Assembly (NCBI GenBank): GCA_002256025.1
Contig: NKIB01013620.1
Span: forward strand, 1 to 54,647
Direction: 5' to 3'
Source of the DNA: Asterionella formosa
Taxonomy: Eukaryota
Length of the DNA stretch: 54,647 bases
Below the pieces are notes generated by a model. The model was not told the origin of the DNA. It was given only the letters and a program-made list of their open reading frames with translations, and made no database searches. This document shows positions 33,778-45,760 of the stretch, one piece after another (positions within the stretch are counted from its first letter, which is position 1; each line of letters begins with the position of its first letter). The position numbers were made by a program, and so were the translations under genes.

Positions 33778-35353
33778 ATACCAGGTCGGAGTACCTGGTA
33801 CCAGGTGCACAAGTTTCCGGTAAATCTAAAACCGCTAAATCGATCGCTTCCCGAGCATGAGAAAAACACATAGAGTTTACCAACATGACAATCAAGAGCC
33901 TGATCCTTCGTGGATAAAGCAGTTGTGAACAACATGAACGAGAATCACGGTACTGAAACTGGCAATTCGAGCTTAGGGACGCCTCCGCTAGATCCCGTTA
34001 TTGTTCAGCTAGAAGAGAGCGACGCACTAGAGGAGCTTTTGAGACGGGAAACCTTGAGACATTTGGCCGCTGCATGGGCAGCACATCGACGTGTGTTAAT
34101 GGCGTGCCTTCCATTGCATCGCCCTATTGCTTCCCCAAAGGGAAAGCCAAAAAGGACACGGGACGATCAAGGAGGCTGCCACCATGAGGGGCGTGGAAAT
34201 ATTTAGAACTGGAATAGTGCAGCATTTGTGTTGGTGTCCGATGTAAGATATGACAAGAATCAGGATCAAGACTGAGCGGCTGCAGTAAGTACGTCGAATA
34301 GCTGAAAGATGATGTACCATGGAAAACAGCTTTTAGCCATGGACACGAATTCAAATCTCAAAGGAGTTTATCCATTGCATGAAAGCCTTTTGGGGCCTGA
34401 ATGATTCTAATTATCAGCATACCTTTTGCCTAGGATCAATAGGGACGTCAATTGATATGTAGCCTAGGTTGGACATTAAAATGAGTTCTTCGCAAAAGTA
34501 TTTTTAGTTTGCTTGACGCCAACAAGGAGTATTGGCGCTTAATTTTGGAATGTAGTACGAATACATGGTGGGTATGTGATTTGGCATGAATACCTTTTTG
34601 TTCAAGACAGGAAGTTGTGAGGGGAAGGCAGATGGCAAATTGTAATAATGGGACTTAGGAATGAGGGCTGATTGGAGTACCTTAATAGAGCCAGAAGCTA
34701 TGGTGTGTCTATTTAACAAGTGGAATACTTTTTTACTTTTTTCGAATCTTGGGTACAAGGGGATGTCGAAGGGAGCTGATCTACATACAGGTACTTAGTT
34801 ATGAGACATAGTCGAATGAGTCGATTTTTGATGTACCAAGCCCTCATCAACCACGCATTATTACTCTGACAGTAATGAGCCAGACAATATAAGCTATTCA
34901 GAAGACCAATAGTTTGAATAAAATGATCAATGATTATAAACCTATGATCAGTAAGTGTGAGTTAGACATGGGTCTATCTATGAATGTGTGTTCCTAAATG
35001 GAAAGGGTTTCCAATTGTGAAAGCTCCATGTAGCAACTCAATACAGTATTTTGTTTGTAACCCTATGAATAGCTTGAGCTAGAGGTTCAAATGCAGGAAG
35101 CTCAATAAACATGAATGTAGTGACTCACATACCGTACTACCGGTAGCTACGGTATATGAAATATGCATGATTATTTTATATGGATTAATAGTATGTACAC
35201 ATGTACATACCACATTTACGTAGACTACCGGTATACCGGTACCGCTAGTCCAATCTAAGTTATCGCAGTGGTTCGTTCATGATACTGCAGCTCTATGGCT
35301 TACGCTGGACACATACCTTTCGCTCTTGGCTAATAAATAGCGCAGTACATAAG

Positions 35354-37177
35354 ATGGCCGACTATCAATCTCTTCCACAACACTTTGGAAGAGGAGGAGG
35401 AGGAGGAGGAGGAGGACGCGGAAATTCGAATGCAAGTGGTGGAAGGACCAGTAGAGGCAGAGGGAGAGGCCGTGGGCCAATGACTCAAAACAATTCCAAT
35501 CAACACAATGATGGTCGTCTAGGAGGCCGAGGGCGAAGTGGTGGGCGTTATAGGGGTGGAAGAGGGAGTGAACATAGAGGTCGCTCGGATGGTACCAGGG
35601 GTACAGCTCTTGACGACGCAATCGAAGAACTTGGTATCAAAACGGACAAGTCCATGTGCATTGCCATTGAAGGCTGCTGTCACGGGGAACTTGACGCAAT
35701 CTACGATCGCATTCGTCGTCACGAAGATGCTACGGAAAGCAAGGTGGACCTGCTACTTTGCTGCGGAGATTTTCAGTCGCTCCGAAACACGGCAGATTAT
35801 CATTCTCTAGCTGTACCTCCGAAGTATCGATCCATGGGATCGTTCTACAAATATTATTCGGGAGAAAAGGAAACGCCCGTTTTGACGATTTTCATTGGTG
35901 GCAATCATGAAGCATCTCAACCTTTACAAGAATTGTACTATGGTGGATGGGTTGCTCCTAAGATTTACTACCTTGGGGCGGCTGGTGTAGTCAATGTAGG
36001 TGGTGTTCGAATTGGTGGGATTAGCGGAATTTACAAGTCTCATGATTTCACTCAAGGCCGATTTGAACGGCCGCCTTATGACAATTCGACCATGAGATCT
36101 GTATACCATGTTCGCAACATAGATGTATTCCGTATGAAATGCCTCTCTCAAGGTCCTGATATTATGATAAGTCATGATTGGCCCCAAGGTATCGAGCAAT
36201 TCGGTAACACTAAGGAGTTGCTAAGAAGGAAGCCATTCTTTCGCGACGAAGTGGAGCGTAACGACTTGGGGAGTCCTTGTAACCGCGAACTGTTAGACAC
36301 TCTGAAACCGAAATGGTGGTTTTCGGCTCATCTTCATGTCAAATTCATGGCAACTGTGAGGCATAATCCAGAGCATCTTACTACCACTACTGTTGCCTCT
36401 GCACTTGTACCATCACAACTTGTGCCCATTATCAAGCCAGCGCTTCCAACGAAGAAAGACGAGCCGGAACAAAAATTATTTTCGAAAAATGAAGTCAACG
36501 AGTATACCGAAACCACTGTTGAAGCAACTCAATTTTACGCCATTGAGTCGACTGATAAGTGCAATAGCGACGACCTAACTGATCAAATGACTCGATTCCT
36601 TTCCCTCGATAAATGTCTGCCTCGAAGACAATTCTTGTCCATCCTTCACATTACCTCGACGAAACCAAAAGATGTGATGGAGTATGACTTGGAGTGGTTG
36701 GCTATTTTGCAGAAGTCACATGAGTTGACCGTGATCGAGCACAAGAGGGTCAACATGCCTAACGAGCTTATCAAGATTTCCCAAGGTGATTTGGAGGCAA
36801 TCCGAAGTCAGCTTGGTAACCGAGGGCTTTCCATTCCAAACAACTTTTGTGTCACTGTTCCTCCTCATGACCTTCGAGATCGATTCTTACCGCCGATTCC
36901 TTTCATGGGTAATCCTCAAAGCGACGAACTCTTGAATTTACTAGGCCTGAGGCACATCGTGACTGTACCGTTTGAAAACGAAGTGCCCCTTGTGGATGAT
37001 AACGAAATCGATTTAGACGACGGCGATGACGACGACGAAATCAATTTACCTGCTGGCCATGAAGCTCATATGGGTAATTGTGAAACTCACTTGGATGACG
37101 ACGAGAAGGAGATCGATGTTGACAAATCCGTGATGAATGAAAAGACTTTAAAGAAGCCTAGACTCGATGGGATATAA
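35354..37177 (+). CDS. DBR1: RNA lariat debranching enzyme with N-terminal RGG extension
   Basis: IAIEGCCHGELD, CCGDFQSLRN, IGGNHEAS, SHDWPQGI, WFSAHLHVKF, TRFLSLDKCLPRRQFL, YDLEWLAIL and NPQ motifs; single exon. Confidence 0.96.
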   Translation: MADYQSLPQHFGRGGGGGGGGRGNSNASGGRTSRGRGRGRGPMTQNNSNQHNDGRLGGRGRSGGRYRGGRGSEHRGRSDGTRGTALDDAIEELGIKTDKSMCIAIEGCCHGELDAIYDRIRRHEDATESKVDLLLCCGDFQSLRNTADYHSLAVPPKYRSMGSFYKYYSGEKETPVLTIFIGGNHEASQPLQELYYGGWVAPKIYYLGAAGVVNVGGVRIGGISGIYKSHDFTQGRFERPPYDNSTMRSVYHVRNIDVFRMKCLSQGPDIMISHDWPQGIEQFGNTKELLRRKPFFRDEVERNDLGSPCNRELLDTLKPKWWFSAHLHVKFMATVRHNPEHLTTTTVASALVPSQLVPIIKPALPTKKDEPEQKLFSKNEVNEYTETTVEATQFYAIESTDKCNSDDLTDQMTRFLSLDKCLPRRQFLSILHITSTKPKDVMEYDLEWLAILQKSHELTVIEHKRVNMPNELIKISQGDLEAIRSQLGNRGLSIPNNFCVTVPPHDLRDRFLPPIPFMGNPQSDELLNLLGLRHIVTVPFENEVPLVDDNEIDLDDGDDDDEINLPAGHEAHMGNCETHLDDDEKEIDVDKSVMNEKTLKKPRLDGI

Positions 37178-37289
37178 TTTGAATTTGAGTAAGTGGTTGA
37201 ATAACTTTCAGTAACAAAGTTCCCAAAAGGGACAATGGGTGATAAAATGACGTCATAACCAGAAGCAGAAAAGCTTCCCGACTGTGTAC

Positions 37290-37560
37290 CTTTGCCAATG
37301 CTATTTCAGCTCTGAAGCAAAACCCTTTTGAATATTGCATCAATAATTGATTCATTTCCACAGAGTCTTCACAGCTGCTCCTTCTCCAGGGCGTTGCGAA
37401 GCAAATATGACTTCCAGATCGCTTGGAGAAGATTTGCCAAATTTGCCAGCAAATTCAGTGCCAACGGGGCCTGCCAGCTGAATCACAAAATCACAGCTAA
37501 GGCATCAGTTCCTAAGATAGTCTGGTTCAAATCATCCCACAGGTATTTATGCCTCTTTTA
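37290..37560 (-). pseudogene. Decayed exon-like fragment with TGA stops
   Basis: After a CAG acceptor-like site the frame reads KYLWDDLNQTILGTDALAVIL*FSWQAPLALNLL...EKEQL*RLCGNESIIDAIFKRVLLQS*. The internal stops are TGA, consistent with CGA>TGA decay. Confidence 0.35.
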
Positions 37561-40500
37561 AGCTGATACCGGTAATCGAGAAAAAGCAAGAAATGTATTG
37601 CATATTTTAATCATTTCCTCAACATAAAAGTATGCTACGGTAACTAGATATATGAATAATTAACCACTGTTATACCACGGAATGACGTTTTCAAATTTTT
37701 GTCCTAGCAGTGACAAAGCAATCCGCTGAAATGCTTGCCTGACAAATTGCAGAATGGTGAGCAGGAGTATGAGATAGGCTGAATGCGCCTTTTGATAGGT
37801 CTTTGCATTATACAAGGATTCGACGACCTACATACGAGGAACGGACGACAAAAAAATGAGTTACAATACATACCGTATACCAGTACATAGTTGAAAAATC
37901 CTATTTTTACACAAGCAGGCAATCGAAGAGCGAATGTACTGGTACCTGGTACCTGGTACCAGGTACCAGTAGCCCCGGTAGGTAGTTTTGCTTTGCTACT
38001 GGTAAATGCTGGTAAACCCGTACTGTTGGGTACTACCGGAAAGAATCGAGTACTGGTACTGGTAACAGGGTACCTGGTACCGACATATTCTAAACTACCG
38101 GTAGCTAACCTAGTAGCGATACCTGGTATACTACCAGCAAGTTGCGATATTTGTGCTCAAACGTTTAGTTATCTTGATCACATATTAGTTGATCAGCTAT
38201 GATTTTTACAGGAAAATTTCAATCTGGTTAATTGCTGGTGGTTCTTCACAGGCTATCTTTGTAGAGGAATTTTTATGCCTGACATGGAACTTGATGTACC
38301 ATGTAGACAACAGATAATAGTTTCTTTACTAAACAATTGATTTGGAGTGTTGAAAATCTGGGTATTCGCTTCTCTCATATGAAGAATGATTAGGATGGAT
38401 CAAAAACTACAAGCCCAGGTAGCTAAGTGTACACAAATCCTGAAGACTTCGCTGTGTAGCCAGTCACTGCTTTGTTGCGTACATGCATGAGTGTTTACCC
38501 AGATGATCTCCAAAAATCCTTAAGGGCCCATATTTTCATGTGTAAATTAAGAGGATTGTTTAGAAAAATACTCAAGCGAACTTTCACGAAGCAAGAGGGG
38601 AACTTTCATAGCTATGACATTGATGAAATACTACAAGGCACCCATAGCAAATGAAAAGGTGCAACAGCTTTTGCCTCCAGTGGATTTTCAGCAAACTCAT
38701 CAAGTGATGCCATTAACAACTGAAGGGTTGGATTCTAACTAGTTAGCTTCAGAGATGTTTATATGCTGTATGAGAAAGCAGACTACCATTATGTTGCTAG
38801 CATTTCAGCAGGCTTCCCAATACTCTCAGCTTGGTTTGCTGTTTCTGAACCAAATTTTTGGGTAAAATGATCATGTGATGATTGTGTCATACATGATCAG
38901 CTAATTATTCATGGAAAGGTTCTTGCTGTCCTATGGGTCCTGTTTGGTGATGTCGTGCTTTATCCACAAGTTGTTCTTGCTTTTCTAGTTGAATGAGTTG
39001 ATCTTGCTTGTTTCATGCATCACATCGAGAATCCACAAAAACTCAGGAAGTGAAATTCATTATCAATGCATTTAGCAGTAGTGTATACATGAAATGAAAT
39101 CTCAGAATTTTCAGATTAGGTTGTTGTTCATCAATTGAAAATATTTGTTGCAATTACATGTACATACATTCCTCCATGCATGTCGCTCACCTTGCTGCCA
39201 TAGACTAGTAGAGCAAATGAGAGGGGAAATTTTTTCAAATAAGTCCTAAATTGCTGAGAGATTTGGAAAAAAATTCAATGATTAAACTTATGCTGGTTGA
39301 CTAGTTTCAAAAATTCGATTGGTGGCCATCACTTAAAGAATTATTGGGCAAAAGTTCCTTGGGTTGAGAAACCCCTGTATGACTAGACAAGAAGCAGCAA
39401 CAAGGAATTATACAGCATCAAGGCCAACAATCAAGCCCAACAACTCTCAACAATCAAAAATCATCATCCTGATTGTTCTTGCATCCTAACTGGCTGGGGT
39501 TCCGCTTTGCACTGCAGCTTTTGCTTACTGCTTATGGCATAGCAAATATGGGAGGACCGAGATGAGAGGATTAAAATTGGTGTGTTGAATTTTCTATGTA
39601 GACAATCACAACATCAGTTTTGAGAATGGCAAAAGGAAAAATACTGATGCTGCAAATAGTGAGGAGCAAGCTGTTGGATGGAAGGATGCATAAGAGATTT
39701 CTAGTATAGAGACGAAGATAATGAAAAGATAGGATGGTTGAGCGAAAAATCGAAACCTCCTGCAATCTTTAATTACAAGAGAAAATGTCTATGTTGATCT
39801 TGAGCAATGTGAGGGCTGCCTTGGTATTTCACCTGTAACTGCTTAAGGGAGGAATAGTGGAACAGCACTGTTTTTAGACAAATGCAAGCAAAGTGAGAGA
39901 AAGTTTGGAAACAGTTATGATAACTTCTAGTAATGCAATCATATTCCATACATTGATTGTGATCAAATGATGGTTATTGCCATATTTTTGCAAGGTAATG
40001 AAGCATCAGCAAACTTGCAAGAAGTTTAAAGGTTCATTCACTTTCTATCTATATATTTGAAGAATAACCTTCATATTTTTGTACATCTGCATATATTGCT
40101 GTGCTAGCTACCCTGCAATATATGCATTCAATTAATAGGAGAAGTGTCCTTGCTATATATGTACTGCCACATCACTTGATTTGTGCCCCCCAGTTTAGTC
40201 GTTGCTAAAGTTTGCTAGCTATTTACGAGCTATTGCATGGTACCAGGTATAGGCTACCCGGCACCTGTATTACCGGTACCAGGGGTACCAGTACACACAA
40301 TGCCATTTGATGATTGCACTACATACCGGTAGTACAAGTAGCTACCTGTTACTGTATACGACCTCGGAATTGTAGGTGCCATACGTCACACATGAGCATG
40401 GTACCACTGGTACTTGCGCATACGCACATGGGCGGTATAACACGTATTATGATGTGATATTTATTGTCTACAGCATACCGGTGTATGCATTACAGTGTTA

Positions 40501-41049
40501 AATTCTTCTGCAGTCTGACTGCAATGCTAGCTCTTTCTAGACAAGCTCAGTGTATTAAAACCTTCTGTTCTAATCCCACCCTATTTTGAGCTTATTTTAT
40601 CTATCTTGTAATTGTTCACATGACCAATCATTAAGGTTCTCTTCCCAAATTTGTATATAGATATTCATTGTGTTGTTAGACATACAATTCTCAACTGACA
40701 ACTCAACTCCACTGACTTAGTACAACAATTGTGAATATTCAATGCTATCTGCATTGCATTTATACCTTTCCTTCATTGAAATATTGATTACTTAGAACAT
40801 TCTCCATTCGAATATTTACCTTGGTTAGCTGATATAGTTCTTGGCAATCGATGCTGTTCAAATTCTCACAGCATTTCAATACGGGATTTTGGCTGGAATA
40901 TTATTCAAGGTTGATAAGTTCGACTTAAATAATATGCACGCAGTACTAAATCTTGACATTATTACAGTTGAGGGACACTTTCCAACTTTAATGCAAGAAC
41001 AACATTTTGTGAAGGTATAAATTACATGTTACGTAAACTATCTGTCAAC

Positions 41050-41122
41050 GGGGGATTAGCTCAGTTGGCAGAGCGCGTGCTTAGCATGCACGAGGTCGCC
41101 GGTTCGATTCCGGCATTCTCCA
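41050..41122 (+). tRNA. tRNA-Ala (AGC)
   Basis: Full cloverleaf: acceptor GGGGGAT/ATTCTCC with G3.U70, anticodon arm CGTGC-TTAGCAT-GCACG, T-loop GGTTCGATTCC, discriminator A, and an oligo-T Pol III terminator immediately downstream. Confidence 0.98.
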
Positions 41123-41478
41123 TAATTTTTTTTCACTATTAATGCATGTTCTGGCCAAATCATTTTGGTCAACTGTTTCCTATTTGCTACTCCCCAAATA
41201 TTAGTAATCCACAAAAAATTCTCTGTTGCTAGTGAAACAAAGGTTTTCCACCGGATACTACTCTGGTATTTGGTGCATCCTATTAACAGCAATGGAAATC
41301 TTCGCATTTATTTTTCTACAATGATGCTTCAAGATGAAGAAATGGCGTTGAGTTTAAAAATACCTTGTCCTGTGCTCTGTAAATGCAACAGTGATCAACC
41401 GTGCCCCTTCACATATAACCTAAATTTCTTAATTATTGAAATGATTGTTTTCTCGGCAATTTTAGGTTTCAAAACAGC

Positions 41479-42369
41479 TCAGAGTTTCGAGACAAGATTC
41501 GTACCTTCCATGTCATGAATTCCACTTGAAGTTTTATACCAAGTCGTTGCTTCCATAAATGTTCCACTACACTTTGCTATCCATGCAGGGTATTCGTGTT
41601 CTAGTAAAATAGAGTGATTTGTAGTCCCTGCATTTTGCCCTGCAAGGCTGACCTTTGGACTGACACGCAAGACCAGCATGCTTGGAATAGTTCGGTAACC
41701 AGTCAAATCGTGACTATCTGCCAGGGACAGTACAAGAAACGGAATGGTATCGGAAGGGCACATGAAAATGTTTGAACTTTCTCCAAATGAAACGGCAACA
41801 ACTCCGTGTAGTCTTGTGTCATTGGACGATGTAATGTCTTTCAGATGGGCTGAGCAATCACTATCAGCGAACAAGTAGAGCGGTACGTTTGGTCGGGTGC
41901 AATTGAATATTCTTGCCACGGATTGTTGAAACGATGATTGACTGGATAGATCTGGTTCTGCAACCACCCAACCCTTATCAATAAGTGAATCAATGAGCAC
42001 ATCTACGTGTTCGCCTTTGTGGTCCTTTCGCAGAACAATAACAACAGGAATGTCAACGCTACTACTCTGCAGACTAGAATCTGCATTGTAGCTCCACGTC
42101 ACCCCGCCCTCCTTTTTCGAGTCTACATCCCGTGTCTTCCCTCGATGCACATACGTTTGACGAAGCGCTCGAAGAAAGACGGTGCTTAGCAGTGAACACA
42201 AAGCCTCGTTTGTTGGTGTCTGTTGGGTGTAGACAATAGGGAAAAGTTCTTCCCGCCAGTCTTGTCGAATTCGCCGAAACTTGTTTTCCAAAAGGAAAAG
42301 AAGCAGCCATTTGTCCAGATGAAGCGACGAGTTCATCAACGCTGATGCAATACTACTACCGGTACTCAT
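41479..42369 (-). CDS. Hypothetical protein, possibly a degenerate alpha/beta-hydrolase-like fold
   Basis: 296-codon open frame from ATG, with a beta-alpha pattern (PVVIVL, LIDKGWVVAEPDL, PLYLFADS, LHGVVAVS, PFLVL). No clear catalytic motif. Confidence 0.65.
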   Translation of the reverse strand: MSTGSSIASALMNSSLHLDKWLLLFLLENKFRRIRQDWREELFPIVYTQQTPTNEALCSLLSTVFLRALRQTYVHRGKTRDVDSKKEGGVTWSYNADSSLQSSSVDIPVVIVLRKDHKGEHVDVLIDSLIDKGWVVAEPDLSSQSSFQQSVARIFNCTRPNVPLYLFADSDCSAHLKDITSSNDTRLHGVVAVSFGESSNIFMCPSDTIPFLVLSLADSHDLTGYRTIPSMLVLRVSPKVSLAGQNAGTTNHSILLEHEYPAWIAKCSGTFMEATTWYKTSSGIHDMEGTNLVSKL

Positions 42370-42954
42370 TTCTTCCTTTTGTTTCCAATGTCAGCGTGTG
42401 TATGGTAAACTGTAAGCAAATGTCACAGAATAACATAGTAGTACCTGGTACCAGCTACCTGGTACCCTGTTACCAGGAGCTGTATTACGTTTCCAGGTAC
42501 GTATTTTGTCAAAATCTTTGCCTTACGAAATAGTAAGTACCTATAGGTACCGTTTCCCGTATATTATCTGGTACAGTAACAGGTACCGGTACTCGGTACC
42601 AGGTACTGAGCGTATGCATGTAAAATGGTCGGCAGTAACGTTGTTTGACGGCGGTAATAATATGATGTCGTAGATTCTCCGTTCCGATGATGATGCATAT
42701 ATTATATGCACCCATTATGTTGGTAGATACTCCGGAGTCCGTACATACGATATGTCTAAATATTCCGCCACCTCGACAAGAATACGATAACGCCCATGCA
42801 TCTCTCAAAAACGAAGCCTGATTACCGTTCGCAACCGGTAATACAGAAATGAACTTTGACTTACGAAATGATCATGTGGGGCCCACTGTGACACTGGCTG
42901 TCATAATTGTTTTTATTCGTTCGATCTACCGGTAGTTATTTTTCCGAATCCAAA

Positions 42955-44634
42955 ATGCGGCGCTTTGGTCTTTGCGTACAACTGGCATCGGAGCGGATAA
43001 ACGATTGCTCGAGTTGTGAATTCAGCGAGGTACTCGCATCCAGCAAAGGTCCTCAAGAATCGTTCTTTGTTGCCAACGTGGTCGATTTTTCGATTTCATT
43101 TGAAGGTCAGCCTACTGACAATGACAATAATATCATGGCTCTGGTGGTACTTGTGTCTCCAGCACTCATCGATTCTGCTCTTTCGGAGTTAAACTTATCA
43201 AGCCAGCAATGCTGGGTAGAAGAAACTCTGGAAGGGATTGGCATTGCTGATAATATCTTGGGAAGGATACACCCACTAATCCGACGTCGGCTCAAAATTA
43301 AGGGAATCTTCGTGGCGTCCGGTGAACCTGGCTTTCCGAGGAGGAATCCGGCTGATCTAGTCCTCTTGGACCCATCTTCGATCTCGGAAGGATCGATAGA
43401 GGATTTGTTCTTGGATTTGAATGGGGAAGCCTTGTCTTCGCATCCTTGCTGTGTTCTCAAGATGCTGGCAATATCCAAACTTGAATCCTCCAACAAACCG
43501 GTACCAGACACTGGTCCCGCCTTTCGTATACCTCCGTGCCCAGTCTGCCTACACAGAATCGATCCATGGAACTTTTCACAACCCAGGCCTCACAATCACC
43601 AGCGATGCTCCACATTCTGTCCAGTCCCAAATGAGATATCTTGCGACTCCTGCATAAACGAGCGCTTCCTACGGGTATGGGACTCACCTTCCCTTTGCCC
43701 TGCTTGTCATGTGATTCAAACTCTTTGGAAAAAACCATACATCGGAGACAACTTATTTTGCAATAGATGCGCCAAGCAAGAAACGCTATGGGTGTGCTTG
43801 ACATGTGGCTTTGTTGGATGCGGGTGGTACTCACAGAAACATGCAGCAGAACATTTCGATGAAAGCAAGCATCCATTCTCACTTGAGCTGGCTACACTTC
43901 GCATATGGAACTATGCAAGTGGTAAATTTGCGCATCGTACTGATATACTAGAGTGTGCATCGATTCGAAAATATCATCCTTTGTCAGATCCCTATTTGTC
44001 ATTTGCTCAAGTCCAGATAGAGGATCAAGTCAATGTGGGTTTCGCCAAGGCAAAATACGAATATGAAGGGACATTTGCCACGCTTCCATCGGAGTCTCCA
44101 AAGAAAGCCACCATGATTGGGGAGGAGTACGAAGCTCTACTTCAAAGTGCGCTGGAGGATCAGGCACAGCACTACGAAGGCGAGATCAGTCGGTTGCGGG
44201 CCGAGCTGACTGCAGAGCAAATTGACCGCGACAAAATGACACAAGAAGAAATGCAACAAATTGAAAGGTTGGACTCTAATATTATAAGGCTCCGTTCTGA
44301 TATTGATCATGTGGCGCGAAAACTTTTGGAGGCACAGGCACAAGAAGCTGGGCATAAAGCAGTACTGCAGAGGCTACTTCAAGAACAAGGGGTAGCCGAG
44401 AAGCTTTTGGAAAAAATAAAAGAAGAGACGACAAAGGAACACGAGGCTGGAAGAGTTAAAGTCGAGGAGCTCGAGCAACAAGTTGCAGATCTAAGTGGCA
44501 ACCTCCGAATGCGAGACAGAATCTCAAAGGATGAAGAATTGAACAAAGCTCACATTTTTGGCACAACTACTTCGCCCAAACCAAGCTCAACAAAGTGGGG
44601 TGGAAGAAAGGGTAAACGGTCTATTCGAAAATGA
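42955..44634 (+). CDS. BRAP: BRAP2/IMP/ETP1-like E3 ligase (RING + ZnF-UBP + coiled coil)
   Basis: CPVCLHRID...W....CPAC RING with an insertion. ZnF-UBP: CNRC...LWVCLTCGFVGCG.Y..KHAAEHF...HPFSLEL...RIWNY...FAHR. EYEALLQSALEDQAQHYE and a coiled coil ending LEQQVADL. Confidence 0.88.
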   Translation: MRRFGLCVQLASERINDCSSCEFSEVLASSKGPQESFFVANVVDFSISFEGQPTDNDNNIMALVVLVSPALIDSALSELNLSSQQCWVEETLEGIGIADNILGRIHPLIRRRLKIKGIFVASGEPGFPRRNPADLVLLDPSSISEGSIEDLFLDLNGEALSSHPCCVLKMLAISKLESSNKPVPDTGPAFRIPPCPVCLHRIDPWNFSQPRPHNHQRCSTFCPVPNEISCDSCINERFLRVWDSPSLCPACHVIQTLWKKPYIGDNLFCNRCAKQETLWVCLTCGFVGCGWYSQKHAAEHFDESKHPFSLELATLRIWNYASGKFAHRTDILECASIRKYHPLSDPYLSFAQVQIEDQVNVGFAKAKYEYEGTFATLPSESPKKATMIGEEYEALLQSALEDQAQHYEGEISRLRAELTAEQIDRDKMTQEEMQQIERLDSNIIRLRSDIDHVARKLLEAQAQEAGHKAVLQRLLQEQGVAEKLLEKIKEETTKEHEAGRVKVEELEQQVADLSGNLRMRDRISKDEELNKAHIFGTTTSPKPSSTKWGGRKGKRSIRK

Positions 44635-45379
44635 GTTGACAGAGGCGAATGTCAGGTTGTGTTGTACAATTGCTTCATGTAGGGAGATATTGATTCAGTT
44701 GCTCCATTTCCTTCCTATAGGTGTGCCCAGCCTTTCGTTCCTTCATCTGATTTGTGCTTATTAAAGAATATAGTATCCTTGGTTTTAGATTGATGACATA
44801 CCCCAAACTCCAGCAAACTCTCTTGCTATCTCATTCCTTGAAATAAAGCGATGGTAAAGAGTCACTTTCGCAATGTTAACTCCATTGCTCAAAATATTTA
44901 TGTATTCGTGGGACTGCAATAAAACGAACTGCCTAAAACCCAGTCCAAACCTGACAACACTATCATTGTTTCTATGTAGCTTCAGCAGTACTTATTCTGG
45001 GCCATAAAAATGAATTTTGCATGAAGTTGAAAGTTCATCATTGTTTCATGTTCGGAAGATACCACGTTGGTATTAGGAATAAATACAAAGTTGAGTATCA
45101 ACACAAATTGGTGCCTTTTGTCATTGCAATCTGATACTGCCTCGAATTATTTTAGATGACTTATCTGACATTAAATATTATAATTTTTAACAGTTAAATT
45201 TTCATAGCAATAAATCATCTTGTTTGTTATGCCTTCTGTTGTTCACTATGTATGTAGTAACATTGAGATGCATTAAGTTCACCATCATTGGTTCCTGACC
45301 ATGTCGGCTTTTTTCTCATTTCACTCCTGATGACAATGACACGATCATCACATTGCCACTGTTAGCACCTTGTGATCCA

Positions 45380-45760
45380 TCAGTAAATAAGACATCATTG
45401 TTTAGTGAAAGCTTGACTGTTGATTAGTTCAGATGAAGAAGTGGCAACATCCGGCGCCAGGCACTAAAGCATCCATTGTCAAGTCCATTTTGGACTTTGC
45501 TCAAAAGCATGCATGATGATGCTCTCCTCACATTGTATTCCAGCAGTTCATTCCTTGTCTGCAAACTTGTTATCGTGTTCTGATGCTACACATTCCCACT
45601 CATGTGATCTGATTGGTAGATGATTCAAAACACTCTCTATCATGTACTCATTGTTGCTTGATCCTAATTTGCTATCCCTGACTCTGCAGGTTGCAGCAGG
45701 CCCTTGGAAATGTTTGTGGTCTAACTCATCTGCTATTGCTGCCAATACCTTTAGGATGAT
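45380..45760 (-). pseudogene. Decayed DUF6818-like relic
   Basis: LNHLPIRSHEWECVASEH...F followed by a broken C..PDV resembles the LP.G..EW..VA..H motif of DUF6818 proteins. Recognised from memory only. Confidence 0.4.

Noticed and set aside
37891..38202. ORFs rich in VPGTWYQVP-type peptides (also 20330-20644, 42509-42808)
   Set aside because: Translation by-products of the GGTACC/TACCAGGTA arrays.
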